Assembly (NCBI GenBank): GCA_002686465.1 | Contig: NZCP01000057.1 | Span: 1 to 49,243 of the forward strand | DNA length: 49,243 nt | Direction of reading: 5' to 3' | From: Candidatus Woesebacteria bacterium | Lineage (GTDB): Bacteria; Patescibacteriota; Microgenomatia; UBA8517; UBA10165 | In this document: piece by piece, positions 22,866 to 32,845 of the stretch | Layout: each line of letters opens with the position of its first letter | Position numbering within the stretch: position 1 is the stretch's first letter | Position numbers and translations under genes: made by a program | The notes under the pieces: generated by a model | The model's database searches: none | Told to the model about the DNA's origin: nothing | Seen by the model: only the letters and a program-made list of their open reading frames with translations

Positions 22866-23720
22866 ATGGCACTTCTTCAAGAAATCGGAGGCATGTGGAA
22901 TAGAGTAAGGGAGTATGTTAGATCTGGGACAGATACTGCAACCATCGGTAGCGTATCTATTGTGGTTTCTAAAGCATCGCGTCTGCCGGAGGGGCCAAGA
23001 AAGCAAAAAGCATTTGAAGACATCATACGCAATATAGAAGGAACTATTAGCGAACATCCCGAAATTGCATATTTTCTACATGCCCAAGTAGGAAATTGTG
23101 TTTTAAGGTTGAGTCGTCCACAAGAAGCATTAGAACATTTTGGAGCAGCTATCAATAAACACCCCAGTCCAACCCCAACTTCTGACTTTCCTGGCTACGT
23201 TGACGGCTACCTTGATGCTGCTCAACGAATTATGCACTTGCCGTTGTCAAAAGAAAGTAAAACACTATTGGACTCGGCAGCTGTCCGCACAGAAAGCTTG
23301 ATCCCTAAACTGCCGTTCTTGGAGTACAAACTACAAGCCTTTATAGGAATGTGCCGCCTCAAATTAGATCAGCCGCAAGAAGCGCTAAGTCATCTTGAAA
23401 AAGCTGTACTATTACATCCTAACCCAACTCCTGAAAGTGACTTTCCCAACTATACGACAAATTACCTGGCAAGTGTTAAATTGACTACGCAACGCGCAGC
23501 CGAACACCGGAGTGGGAAAAGACTAAAGACGTCAATAGCTAGGATAACTGCAGTAGTCCAATCAACTGCAAGGGTAGGCCAAACCTACCCACAACTTGAG
23601 GGATTAGCACACGAGGGTCTCCCAGCGGTTGCTTGGATCCAAAGATATGGGGGTGTAAAAGCGGTTCGCAGAGCCCAAAGAGATGGCCACATCCAAATCA
23701 CCCGTACCATTGCGGGTTAG
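22866..23720 (+). CDS. Hypothetical helical-repeat (TPR-like) protein with an internal duplication
   Basis: 284 aa. RLSRPQEALEHFGAAINKHPSPTPTSDFPGY is repeated as RLKLDQPQEALSHLEKAVLLHPNPTPESDFPNY. Confidence 0.5.
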   Translation: MALLQEIGGMWNRVREYVRSGTDTATIGSVSIVVSKASRLPEGPRKQKAFEDIIRNIEGTISEHPEIAYFLHAQVGNCVLRLSRPQEALEHFGAAINKHPSPTPTSDFPGYVDGYLDAAQRIMHLPLSKESKTLLDSAAVRTESLIPKLPFLEYKLQAFIGMCRLKLDQPQEALSHLEKAVLLHPNPTPESDFPNYTTNYLASVKLTTQRAAEHRSGKRLKTSIARITAVVQSTARVGQTYPQLEGLAHEGLPAVAWIQRYGGVKAVRRAQRDGHIQITRTIAG

Positions 23721-23722
23721 AA

Positions 23723-25261
23723 TTAAAAATTCTCAAGAATGTAGGCGTCGAAGCCGCCTTCGGAGATCTTTTTGACTGTGCCTGAGACATCTATGTCCAC
23801 TGGTGCTCTACTTTCACTCATCACGACTTTGTATTTTGCCTCCTTATCAGTAATCTTGCTAGGATAAAGCCAGCCAAGACTCCCATCTGTAAAACTTCTC
23901 TCAGGTGTTATCCCTCCATAAGTTACAAAAAGATATCTCCAGCCACCATAGGCATGACAAACCCCAGTTTGGGTAAGTTCGAAAGGCTCATCTTTAACAA
24001 AGAATGCTACTTTCTCGACCAATTTCTTTTTGGCAACAAGCCCATACTCCCCTGTCGCACTCAAGACGGTGTGGATGCCCAAAAGAGAGAGTACAAGAAA
24101 AGGAATCAGAGCTACATAGTAGACCCTCCCTCGCAAATCTTTAAGGAGCAGCCCTGGGATAAGCAAAATTAAAGGAAAGGTTCCTAAAAGGTAGTATTCA
24201 AATGCTCGGCCAGTGAAAAACAGGAAAGGAACAACGACCAAGACTAGTGATATCGCCACAAGTTTACTTGCAAAATCCTTCCAAGTTTCCTTACGACGCA
24301 AAAAGTAAAATATCAGCAAGGCCGAGGCAATAGACAGCCAAATGGGAGCTGTAGTTCTTGTTGAAAATTGATCAATTGAGGTTGGGCTACCATAAATTGA
24401 CAATGAAGTACAAGAGAAAAGTACCTCATCAGAATTACTTTTATTAGGAGCTAGGTACCAAATTCTACCTAAGGTGGAAAACAGTGCGTTTGCATGATGA
24501 ATAGGATTAATTTTATTTGTCGGGTCGGCAGACACCTGCTTAAACCGCAGAGGGGTAGTTATGTTTCTGCCTTTTTGAAAATAATCGAAAGCAATCAGGG
24601 GAGAGAGAACTAGTAGAAAAGATGCCAAACTTATAAGTAAAATTTTTGTATTAGAAAACCCCTTTTGCCGAATAAAATAATAGGCACCAAGGAATCCTAA
24701 AGGAACAAGGGAGAGGTGGATATGGAAAACAAGACCAAATGCCACAGCAAAAACGGTCCACCACCATAGGTTTTTCTTTGATTGATAAATAGAAAAAACT
24801 AAAGTCAGGGTCAAGAAAGGAACAAGGCTGGGATTCCAATATTTCTGGTCAAAAAAGACCATAAGAGGCAGCGTTGCATAAAGAAGTGTTGAGACAAAGG
24901 CGGCTTTTGCCCCAAACATTTTGTTGGCAACAAAAAACACTAAAAGGGTTGTCCCAACCCCAAGTGTTGCTGCTGCAAAGCTTGTAACTAGGGGGTCGCT
25001 TTTAGAAAAAAACAGAAGGAGGGCGGTAAAATAGGTCCAAAACGGCCCAAGATAAAACCCAAGACCTGCTGCATTCACTCCCACCCAAATAATATGGAAG
25101 TCACGAACTATCGTTTGGGCAAGTATTGATTGATATTCTTCGTCTCCTCCAAAAACGAAGATTCCAGGTAAGTTGTAAAAACGAAGGAAAGCGGCAAGAA
25201 GAATTATGCCTGCGACAATAAGCCACTGCCGATAGCGCTTCACCAGCTTTGAAAAAGACAT
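23723..25261 (-). CDS. GT39/ArnT-like (PMT_2-type) polytopic glycosyltransferase
   Basis: 512 aa with more than 10 TM segments. The N-terminal RFYNL...GGDEEYQ loop motif is typical of ArnT/PMT-family enzymes. Confidence 0.7.
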   Translation of the reverse strand: MSFSKLVKRYRQWLIVAGIILLAAFLRFYNLPGIFVFGGDEEYQSILAQTIVRDFHIIWVGVNAAGLGFYLGPFWTYFTALLLFFSKSDPLVTSFAAATLGVGTTLLVFFVANKMFGAKAAFVSTLLYATLPLMVFFDQKYWNPSLVPFLTLTLVFSIYQSKKNLWWWTVFAVAFGLVFHIHLSLVPLGFLGAYYFIRQKGFSNTKILLISLASFLLVLSPLIAFDYFQKGRNITTPLRFKQVSADPTNKINPIHHANALFSTLGRIWYLAPNKSNSDEVLFSCTSLSIYGSPTSIDQFSTRTTAPIWLSIASALLIFYFLRRKETWKDFASKLVAISLVLVVVPFLFFTGRAFEYYLLGTFPLILLIPGLLLKDLRGRVYYVALIPFLVLSLLGIHTVLSATGEYGLVAKKKLVEKVAFFVKDEPFELTQTGVCHAYGGWRYLFVTYGGITPERSFTDGSLGWLYPSKITDKEAKYKVVMSESRAPVDIDVSGTVKKISEGGFDAYILENF

Positions 25262-25333
25262 GGACTAATTATAGCAATGTTTTCACTCTTGACATCCGCG
25301 TCTAGCCGGGGTAACTTGGAGTTGACAGCTGCC

Positions 25334-25930
25334 ATGAAAAACCCACTTACAATCATTCTTGCTGGTGCCGTAGCTGGAGCAGTAGCTGCGTTCGCTGTAC
25401 TAAACTTCTACACCCCATCGGAAGACAAGATAATCAAAGACTACTACGCAGCAGAAGTTGCCGTTAACGTAAGCCCACACCATATTCGCAAAGCAATGGA
25501 TAAGGGCGACGACAGTTTCGTCTTGGTTGACTTGCGAAGCCAAGAAGAATATGAGCGTGAGCACGTAACCGGTGCAATAAACGTCCCAGCCTATAAAGAC
25601 CCCTACACCTCAGCCTATGGCGATGTTGAAAGAATTACAAGGGCATTCAGGGCACTTCCAAAGGACAAAGATATCATCGTTTACTGCTATAGCATGCCTT
25701 GCATGACCGGGCGAAAGATCGGGAATATGCTTGCCCAAAACGACATTTATGTACAAGAACTTGGAATTGGGTGGAACGAATGGAGGCACTTCTGGACTCT
25801 ATGGAACCATGAACACGAGTGGAGTCAAAGACTAGTTGAAGATTATGTTATAAGCGGGCCAGAGCCTGGAACCCCAAAGGTTAGAGAAGACACCGAGGCT
25901 TGCCCAATCGGAGGCGAGTTTGGCTGCTAA
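25334..25930 (+). CDS. Membrane-anchored rhodanese-domain protein
   Basis: The start is taken at MKNPLTIILAG. A TM anchor is followed by the rhodanese core VLVDLRSQEEYEREHVTGAINVP and the loop VYCYSMPCMTGRK. The C-terminus carries CPIGGEFGC. Confidence 0.7.
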   Translation: MKNPLTIILAGAVAGAVAAFAVLNFYTPSEDKIIKDYYAAEVAVNVSPHHIRKAMDKGDDSFVLVDLRSQEEYEREHVTGAINVPAYKDPYTSAYGDVERITRAFRALPKDKDIIVYCYSMPCMTGRKIGNMLAQNDIYVQELGIGWNEWRHFWTLWNHEHEWSQRLVEDYVISGPEPGTPKVREDTEACPIGGEFGC

Positions 25931-26360
25931 AAAAACAAAATCCCCCACATTTAAGAGTCCGCTTCTTCTCTTTGGTCTCGTTGCGGTAGTTATTATTGCT
26001 GGATTCATATATTTGCGCCCAGGAAGCAAAGAAGCTGCACCAAAAGGCAAATACGACACCTTTGCACAGTGCCTGCAAAAAAGCGGTATGCGCATGTATG
26101 GATCGGTAACTTGCTCTTTTTGCGCTAAGCAGCGCAAGCTCTTTGGAGATTCGTTCCAACATATAAAAGAAATTGAATGTGATCCTAGAAATGACAACAA
26201 CGAAGCAGAGCGATGTATCGCAAAAAAGATAAGCCATACCCCAACCTGGATTTTTGAGGACGACGATGGAAATGACGTACATCGTTTTAAGTCGGGTGTT
26301 CAACCTCTTGAGGAATTAGGTAAGGTATCAGAATGTTCTCTGGCTGAGGACGAAATATGA
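25920..26360 (+). CDS. Membrane-anchored thioredoxin-fold protein (CSFC motif)
   Basis: A TTG start has the SD GGAGG 5 nt upstream. A TM anchor is followed by GSVTCSFCAKQRKLFG...IECDP...TPTW, which resembles the Trx-like domains fused to bacterial VKOR. Confidence 0.55.
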   Translation: MAAKKTKSPTFKSPLLLFGLVAVVIIAGFIYLRPGSKEAAPKGKYDTFAQCLQKSGMRMYGSVTCSFCAKQRKLFGDSFQHIKEIECDPRNDNNEAERCIAKKISHTPTWIFEDDDGNDVHRFKSGVQPLEELGKVSECSLAEDEI

Positions 26361-27067
26361 TTGGAGAAGATCTCACCCTTGGAATTATAATCGGCGCGGC
26401 TCTGGTTGATTCCATCAATCCTTGTGTACTCGGTGTTCTTATATTCCTCCTTGCTTTCTTAACACGTGTCTTTTCAAGCCGAACTCGAATGCTTATAGGT
26501 GGTCTTCTCTACACCATCGTCGTCTACATTACCTATCTTGCGCTCGGATTTGGTATTTTCAAAGCAGCTGTATCTGTTGGAGTCGCAAGTGGGTTCTATT
26601 GGGTTGCAGCAATTATTGCCATCGTGGCTGGGCTCTTTGAGATTAAAGATTTCTTCTGGTACGGAAAAGGATTTAGTCTCCAAATGATTCCAGGTGCGTC
26701 CCGCCGTCTAAAGGCATACACAGCAAAAATTGAAAAGCTGCAGGAAAAACACCCACGATCGAGTCTTTTGCTTATTGCCCTACTGGGGGTTTTTGTTGTC
26801 CTTGTTGAGCTCCCTTGTACAGGAGCTCCTTACTTTGCAGTTCTTGCGCTCCTTGCCCAAGGATCATACTCAGCAGCAATCCCATATCTTCTCCTTTACA
26901 ACTTTGTCTTCATCATACCTCTCCTTGTAGTAATCGGGATTGCGTACGGTGGGAGGACTGAAGTGCTTGAAGAGTGGCGCAGACGCCATCGAAAGCTCAT
27001 GAGACTTGTTATTGGATTGTTCCTAATTGCCCTTGGTGGGTATATGATCTATTCACTTCAGTTTTAA
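26357..27067 (+). CDS. DsbD_2/CcdA-like transmembrane thiol:disulfide electron transporter
   Basis: 236 aa and polytopic, with the Cys motifs DSINPCVLGVL and ELPCTGAPYF. The ATGA overlap with the upstream gene indicates coupling. Confidence 0.7.
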   Translation: MIGEDLTLGIIIGAALVDSINPCVLGVLIFLLAFLTRVFSSRTRMLIGGLLYTIVVYITYLALGFGIFKAAVSVGVASGFYWVAAIIAIVAGLFEIKDFFWYGKGFSLQMIPGASRRLKAYTAKIEKLQEKHPRSSLLLIALLGVFVVLVELPCTGAPYFAVLALLAQGSYSAAIPYLLLYNFVFIIPLLVVIGIAYGGRTEVLEEWRRRHRKLMRLVIGLFLIALGGYMIYSLQF

Positions 27068-27149
27068 CATCCACTTATTAATTTCTGGCCTCTACTCTGC
27101 AATCATCGCCGTTGGTCTTCTTGTTCGGCCAAAACAAATTGACGAATTT

Positions 27150-27437
27150 ATGGTGCTTGGGAAACACTCCCCCGCAATGTATCTCTCCGGCTTTTTAGCA
27201 CTAATCATAGGAAATCTTCTTGTTGTGAGCCACAATGTCTGGACTGCCGACTGGCGTGTGATTATCACAATTTTCGGCTGGCTTTCACTTCTTAAAGGAG
27301 TAGTTCGTTTATTCTTTCCCAGTATAGCCATAAAAAATGTCGACACGCTTTTGAGAAATAAACTCTTAGTCCCACTCCTTGTTGTTTTTGGAGCCCTTGG
27401 TCTTTATCTCTCCTACATAGGTTTCATGGCCTACTGA
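27150..27437 (+). CDS. Hypothetical membrane protein
   Basis: 95 aa from the ATG. The frame stays open and hydrophobic for a further 34 codons upstream without a canonical start. Confidence 0.4.
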   Translation: MVLGKHSPAMYLSGFLALIIGNLLVVSHNVWTADWRVIITIFGWLSLLKGVVRLFFPSIAIKNVDTLLRNKLLVPLLVVFGALGLYLSYIGFMAY

Positions 27438-27574
27438 TGATCTGGAAAGTAAAGCAAGGATATCGGGTTGTTGCAGAATCAGGCCGTAACACGGGAACAT
27501 TTTCTTCCCGCAAACAAGCAGAAAAACGTCTTGGTCAAATCGAAGTCTTCAAACACTTAAGAAAAACACAGTAA
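27437..27574 (+). CDS. Possible 45-aa basic protein
   Basis: It has a TGATG overlap with the upstream ORF. The sequence is MIWKVKQGYRVVAESGRNTGTFSSRKQAEKRLGQIEVFKHLRKTQ. There is no firm homology. Confidence 0.2.
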   Translation: MIWKVKQGYRVVAESGRNTGTFSSRKQAEKRLGQIEVFKHLRKTQ

Positions 27575-27579
27575 GAGGT

Positions 27580-28179
27580 CTATTTCCCCTGCTGAAAATT
27601 ATATATCCACTCACTAAGCTTGTTTCGGTCGATTAGGATACAATCATTTGCTTGCGCAAATTCTTTAGCGGCTTCTGTAAAGAGACTATTTGTCACCACA
27701 ACCGCCCTGCTACATTTGTAATACTGCAATCCTGCCACAGCATCACTTATTGCTTTACGGTCTACTTTTACTGAATAACGTTTTAGTTGCACTGCGTGCT
27801 TGATACCATCTTTGTCCACCACTAAATCTACTCCAAAGTCATTTGAGGGCGGTGTCAAGATAACTTTATATCCTTTTTGCCTCAAAATCTCGGCAACATA
27901 TTTTTCAAACTCTATGCCTGCCATCCCGTCGACATCAGATATTCTGAGGGCACGGACAAGACGTCTATCTCGTATATATAAATATACAAGGAATGCTGAG
28001 ACAAGGATAATAAACGGAGCGACTATCCAAACAAAAGATTGTGTGAAGAAGTCCAATATTTTAAAGTCTATTCCCCCAACAAATGCAACGACTAGTAGCC
28101 CCAAAATAATAACAAGCAAGACTCCAAGGATCTGCCAAGTATCAAAAGCTGTTCGTCTTCGTCGTTGGTATCGACCCAT
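27580..28179 (-). CDS. Membrane-anchored restriction-endonuclease-fold (Mrr_cat-type) protein
   Basis: 199 aa. Two N-terminal TM segments are followed by FEKYVAEIL...GYKV...DFGVDLVV...VQLKRY..., the D-(D/E)xK core of Mrr-like nucleases. Confidence 0.7.
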   Translation of the reverse strand: MGRYQRRRRTAFDTWQILGVLLVIILGLLVVAFVGGIDFKILDFFTQSFVWIVAPFIILVSAFLVYLYIRDRRLVRALRISDVDGMAGIEFEKYVAEILRQKGYKVILTPPSNDFGVDLVVDKDGIKHAVQLKRYSVKVDRKAISDAVAGLQYYKCSRAVVVTNSLFTEAAKEFAQANDCILIDRNKLSEWIYNFQQGK

Positions 28180-28222
28180 CCTAAAACATTCTACTTGAAT
28201 TCATCTGGAGTTGAAAATTTAA

Positions 28223-28681
28223 TTAAACTCTTAACCTAAAGGGTTTAACTACCTTCCGGCCATTCGTTAGCGTTGTAGTAATTACAAACCTAGCGCCAGT
28301 AATTCCTGAATGATAGCGACATACACCGTGGGAGCATGTGCCAAAGAGTAGCTCACGCACCGCAGGATCTTCAGACAAAGACCCCAAACTTCCTCCAGCA
28401 CCCTGTCTTATGCCACCACTCTTGTAAGTCAGCTGATAGGATACGGCGGAGGCCCTGCTAAGATTACTAAAAGTGGCAACAATCGCGCGCCTGTCACCAC
28501 GAAACTTTACTGAAACACCAACTCCTCGAGTATTTACTGACGGTGCAGATACCCTTTTAGGAGCAGGTTGCACCTTAGCCGGGGCTACCCTTGGCAGTTT
28601 CCTTTTTGCCAAAGCAGGTGTTGGTGCAGCAAGAGAAAAAACAAAAGCAACGAGCACAAAAATCGCAATCTTTTTTATCAT
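28223..28681 (-). CDS. Hypothetical secreted protein
   Basis: The start is taken at the second ATG, which has a perfect SD (AAGGAGGT). The signal peptide is MIKKIAIFVLVAFVFSLAAPTPALA. Confidence 0.5.
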   Translation of the reverse strand: MIKKIAIFVLVAFVFSLAAPTPALAKRKLPRVAPAKVQPAPKRVSAPSVNTRGVGVSVKFRGDRRAIVATFSNLSRASAVSYQLTYKSGGIRQGAGGSLGSLSEDPAVRELLFGTCSHGVCRYHSGITGARFVITTTLTNGRKVVKPFRLRV

Positions 28682-28716
28682 TTTTACCTCCTTCATGATA
28701 TATTTAAAGCACTCTT

Positions 28717-29325
28717 ATGTCAAAACAGAAGCTTTTATTTATAGTCGGCTTGTTAATAGCCGGTGTCGTTACAGCTGGGGTGGTTTTTTACCTCCAAACA
28801 AGGGACGCATCAGGCGGACAGAATTCTCCTTTAGACTTGATCACGAGATCCGATGCTGAGATTTTATATGAGGACGAATCTGGCTTCTCTTTCAAACACT
28901 TTGAATCGGCAAGCGTTTCTGACACTACTCCAGATGAGGAAACCTATTATACTCAACTTTCTCTAGAGAAGGATGGGCAAAAAATGACAATTACCATGCA
29001 GGACACAAAACACAAAACTATTGACGCCTGGCTGGAAAAAGATGAGAATGCCCCAGCCGAGCCAAGCCTTGTTGGCGCAGTCTCACTAGATGGGGTTTCC
29101 GCAAGACAATACACCCAAAACGGGAAGCTTTGGACCGTAGCAATCGATACAGTTGGCCAAGCAAAGGTACTTTACCTGGTAGAGGGTCAAAAAGATGGCG
29201 ATTTTTGGGAAAAACTACATGATCTTTTCGTCTCAACATTCGCATTTGAAAAAGAAGAGGAAGAAGAAACTAAAGCCGCACCTGTTGACAACACAATTTA
29301 TGAGTCAGAAGAAATTATCGAGTAG
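28717..29325 (+). CDS. Hypothetical membrane-anchored protein with an acidic tail
   Basis: 202 aa with an N-terminal TM segment. Confidence 0.5.
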   Translation: MSKQKLLFIVGLLIAGVVTAGVVFYLQTRDASGGQNSPLDLITRSDAEILYEDESGFSFKHFESASVSDTTPDEETYYTQLSLEKDGQKMTITMQDTKHKTIDAWLEKDENAPAEPSLVGAVSLDGVSARQYTQNGKLWTVAIDTVGQAKVLYLVEGQKDGDFWEKLHDLFVSTFAFEKEEEEETKAAPVDNTIYESEEIIE

Positions 29326-29328
29326 TCC

Positions 29329-30420
29329 CTACTCTAGGTAATCCTGTAGCTTCTTGCGACGGGAGGGGTGTCGGAGCTTTCGCAAGGCTTTTGCTTCAAT
29401 TTGTCGAATTCTTTCTCGAGTAACACCAAATTCGCGCCCCACCTCTTCCAAAGTCATTGGTTTATTACCGTTCAACCCAAAACGGAATTTCAAAACTTTC
29501 GCTTCACGCTCGGATAATGTTGAAAAAACGTCCTCCAAGCTTTCTTTTAAAAGCTCTCGCGATGCCTGGTCAACTGGAGACGGCTGGCTGGTATCTTCTA
29601 TAAAATCCCCAAGAAAACTATCTTCATCATCCCCCACCTTTGCGTCAATTGATGTTACCTCTTGTGCAATCTTGAAAATTTCTCGAACACGATCTGGTAA
29701 GAGTTCCATCTCTTCTGCTATTTCCTCAACACTCGGTTCACGCCCCAACTCTTGCATTAGCCGACGGGAAATACGAAATAGCTTATTGATGGTCTCAACC
29801 ATATGAACTGGAATTCGGATAGTTCTGGCCTGATCGGCGATAGCACGAGTAATCGCCTGTCTAATCCACCATGTTGCATAAGTCGAGAACTTATACCCTC
29901 TGCGCCAGTCGTACTTTTCGACAGCACGGATAAGTCCTTGATTCCCTTCTTGGATAAGATCTAGAAGAGTCAACCCACGACCAACATACTTTTTTGCAAT
30001 TGAGACAACAAGCCTGAGATTTGCTTGCGTTAATCGTTCCTTTGCTTTTTTGTCACCTTTTTCATTTCTTTTGGCAAACTCAACTTCCTCTTCTGGAACA
30101 AGAAGTCTGTGCCTTCCTATCTCACGGAGGTATTGCCTTACTGGATCTGTTGACAATCCTTCGTCAACCCTACCTAATGCCTCTATCTCCCGCTCCAGAA
30201 CATCTAAAGATTTTACATCTTCTACAAGATCGTCTTCTGTGACTGATTCAAAAACGTCAACTCCAGAGTCAATGAGATTTGCATAGAGCTCATCAAGCTC
30301 AGCCAGACGGACCTCTGCGTCGGGAAAAACTTCCAATATCTCCTCTTGGGTTAAGAAACCTTGCTCCCTTCCTTTGTCAGCAAGTTCTTTTACAGGTTTT
30401 CTCAAAGTTATTTGTGCCAT
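29329..30420 (-). CDS. rpoD: RNA polymerase primary sigma factor (sigma-70)
   Basis: 363 aa. Region 2 ([14 protein letters not shown]), region 3 and region 4 ([20 protein letters not shown]) are present. Confidence 0.9.
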   Translation of the reverse strand: MAQITLRKPVKELADKGREQGFLTQEEILEVFPDAEVRLAELDELYANLIDSGVDVFESVTEDDLVEDVKSLDVLEREIEALGRVDEGLSTDPVRQYLREIGRHRLLVPEEEVEFAKRNEKGDKKAKERLTQANLRLVVSIAKKYVGRGLTLLDLIQEGNQGLIRAVEKYDWRRGYKFSTYATWWIRQAITRAIADQARTIRIPVHMVETINKLFRISRRLMQELGREPSVEEIAEEMELLPDRVREIFKIAQEVTSIDAKVGDDEDSFLGDFIEDTSQPSPVDQASRELLKESLEDVFSTLSEREAKVLKFRFGLNGNKPMTLEEVGREFGVTRERIRQIEAKALRKLRHPSRRKKLQDYLE

Positions 30421-30434
30421 CTTTATTAATAATA

Positions 30435-32204
30435 TCAGCCTACCTCAAGTTCTGCTAATTTGGCGCCAGTTTGCACAAGCCGTGACTCAAGACTGCTTGC
30501 CTCTCGACCCTTCCCTTGGCTTTCCAGTTTTTTCATCTCATCAGTAAGTTGTTGCATCTCTTCGTGTGTGTCAAAAATCCTAATTGACCTTTTAGTAGAC
30601 TCTAACTCTCTATCGAAAGTTCCCTCGTTTTGGACTTCTTGTGTATCCCTTAAAACAAGTGTTGCAAACAGGTCGACAAGCTCGGCTGGTATGTGACTGG
30701 CAAATAATGATGCGTCAAATTTTTTATGGGTTTTTATCCATTCGTCAAATTCCTCTACAAGCCTCTTGTTGGCTGGATTCTGAATAATTGCTCGTACCTC
30801 TTTGTCGGTATGTAGAAGGTTTACGTTTGTTTGGAATATTAACTGCAAGAGATACTCCTCAAGGAGATCACGTCTTGTCTTGGTTTCTCCTTTTGGAGTA
30901 ACAGGTTCCTGCTGCTTCGACACACGGCGGGGAGCTTCCTCTTTTCCAGCTTGCCGGACAACCGCCTCTTCCGGAACCCCCAACCTTTGAGCAACTTTCT
31001 TTATACAATGTGCTTTAATTATCTCGTCGTCAATACTCCTTAAGACAGGAGCAAGAATTCGACTTATTTTTGATTTCCCCTCAGTTGTTTCTATATCCGC
31101 CTTTTTGAATGCAGAGTCGATTAAAAAGTCATAGATTCCTTGTGCGTTCTTAACTGCTCGGTGCCACATTAATGGTTTTTTTTGGGCCATATCTCCTGGG
31201 TCTTTGAAATCACCAAGATTTACTACCTTCACATCTAAACCTTTATTTTGAGCAATCTCGGCTCCGCGTCGCGCGGCTGCATCCCCCGCCAAGTCACTAT
31301 CAAGAGCTAGTGTAACCTGGGGACAGAATCTATAAATAAGCTCAGACTGCTCTATAGTCAGTGCAGAACCTTTTATTGCCACAACATTACGCACACCTGC
31401 TTGCCAAGAAGATATAGCATCAAGTTCCCCTTCTACAACAACGGCAACACCCGAATCTTTAATTTCCTGCTTTGTGACATCCAAACCGTAAAACATTCTC
31501 CCTTTTTTAAAAACCAAGGTCTCGGGAGTGTTTATGTATTTTGCAAAATCCCCTTTTTCCTCAAGCACTCTGCCGGCAAACCCAAGGGTGTTGCCATAAT
31601 GGTCTTGTAGCGGAAAAATTATCCGCCCTCGAAAGCGATCAAAATATTGATTATTCCTTTTTACCACCACTTCTGCCTTTTCCAATAGACGAGGGTCATA
31701 ATTCCTTTTTTTAGTTAAAAACTGGAAAGTTGAATCTTGCCTATCCGGTGCAAGCCCAAGTTTAAATAACTTAATAGCCTCGCTAGTTATGCCTCGACCT
31801 TTCAGGTAAGATAGAGCTTTTTGACCAAGGTCGTGGCCAACTAACAAAAAGTGGTAAAACTCAGCAACCAGGTTATTGAGTCTATAGATCTCATCTTTTT
31901 CTTGAAAAGAAGTAAAACCTTTAGTGGAACGTAATTTCACTCCTGTCCTATCAGCAAGAATTTTTAACGCTTGGGGGAACTCAATTTTTTCATATTCTGT
32001 TAGAAAACGATAAACATCCCCACCAGCACCACATCCAAAACATTTGAAAATCTGCATTTCTGGGGAAACTATAAATGAAGGAGTTTTTTCAGAATGAAAG
32101 GGACAAATCCCTTTGAAGTTCCTGCCTGCACGTTTCAGTTCGACATGCTCAGAAATCAGATCAACAATATCTGCCTTTCGTTTCACCTCTTCAATTTGAT
32201 CCAT
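30435..32204 (-). CDS. dnaG: DNA primase
   Basis: The start is taken at [10 protein letters not shown], with the SD AGGAG. It has the zinc ribbon [11 protein letters not shown]...CFGCGAGGD and the TOPRIM motifs EGELD and DSD. Confidence 0.9.
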   Translation of the reverse strand: MDQIEEVKRKADIVDLISEHVELKRAGRNFKGICPFHSEKTPSFIVSPEMQIFKCFGCGAGGDVYRFLTEYEKIEFPQALKILADRTGVKLRSTKGFTSFQEKDEIYRLNNLVAEFYHFLLVGHDLGQKALSYLKGRGITSEAIKLFKLGLAPDRQDSTFQFLTKKRNYDPRLLEKAEVVVKRNNQYFDRFRGRIIFPLQDHYGNTLGFAGRVLEEKGDFAKYINTPETLVFKKGRMFYGLDVTKQEIKDSGVAVVVEGELDAISSWQAGVRNVVAIKGSALTIEQSELIYRFCPQVTLALDSDLAGDAAARRGAEIAQNKGLDVKVVNLGDFKDPGDMAQKKPLMWHRAVKNAQGIYDFLIDSAFKKADIETTEGKSKISRILAPVLRSIDDEIIKAHCIKKVAQRLGVPEEAVVRQAGKEEAPRRVSKQQEPVTPKGETKTRRDLLEEYLLQLIFQTNVNLLHTDKEVRAIIQNPANKRLVEEFDEWIKTHKKFDASLFASHIPAELVDLFATLVLRDTQEVQNEGTFDRELESTKRSIRIFDTHEEMQQLTDEMKKLESQGKGREASSLESRLVQTGAKLAELEVG

Positions 32205-32239
32205 AGTAAGCTCCTGTGGCAGAAAAACTGTGAGCAATG

Positions 32240-32280
32240 GCGGATTTATCTCGCCGACGCTTCACTTTGGCGAAGCAAGG
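32240..32280 (-). repeat. 41-nt hairpin element immediately 3' of tRNA-Ser(CGA), copy A
   Basis: The reverse complement ccttgcttcgccaaagtgaagcgtcggcgagataaatccgc matches copy B at 39 of 41 positions, counted by eye. Confidence 0.8.
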
Positions 32281-32366
32281 CGGAGGGTACAGGATTCGAA
32301 CCTGTGCGGACTTTGCAGCCCAATGGTTTTCGAAACCACCGCCTTTAACCACTCAGCCAACCCTCC
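32281..32366 (-). tRNA. tRNA-Ser (anticodon CGA)
   Basis: Hand-folded: acceptor GGAGGGT/ACCCTCC, anticodon loop TTCGAAA, long variable arm, T-arm ACAGG-TTCGAAT-CCTGT. Confidence 0.85.
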
Positions 32367-32372
32367 ATTAAA

Positions 32373-32843
32373 TTACTTTCCTGCGATCCTTTTTTCAGGA
32401 TTTCTCTTTTTTCTTCTGTACCATTCCTTCAAAACCATATTAGCTTGACTGAAAAACCTCTGTTCGCGAACTAAAGAAAGCTTCCTGCGCGCCTTGGCAT
32501 AAGGTAGCCAGTCTCCCTCAAGAGATATGGGTCCTTCTCCTTCTTCCCTGATAAACCCCCCTCTTAAGAGGTAAAAGATAATCTTTGTCCCCACAGATAC
32601 ACCGTTGGCGGTAGTTGAGATGGTTGTTCGTCCCGCCTCCTCAAGCACAGTTACCTTTAGCCGACCATCTTCACGCAAATATCTTAAGATTGCTTGGACC
32701 GATGACCCGCCAGGTCGAACAAGAATTTTTGGCAACTCCCAATCGCCATTACCCTCCTTAGATTTAGGCTGGGTAACAAACCAGGTGATAACACCATGCT
32801 TTTTTCTATAAATAACTGCTCCTGATACTAGATTGTCTGCCAT
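32373..32843 (-). CDS. Nudix-fold-like protein with a degenerate Nudix box
   Basis: The start is taken at MADNLVSGAVIY, because the track extension overlaps a tRNA. GDWELPK...RPGGSSVQAILRYLREDGRL resembles the Nudix fold but lacks the REUxEE glutamates. Confidence 0.45.
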   Translation of the reverse strand: MADNLVSGAVIYRKKHGVITWFVTQPKSKEGNGDWELPKILVRPGGSSVQAILRYLREDGRLKVTVLEEAGRTTISTTANGVSVGTKIIFYLLRGGFIREEGEGPISLEGDWLPYAKARRKLSLVREQRFFSQANMVLKEWYRRKKRNPEKRIAGK

Positions 32844-32845
32844 GG

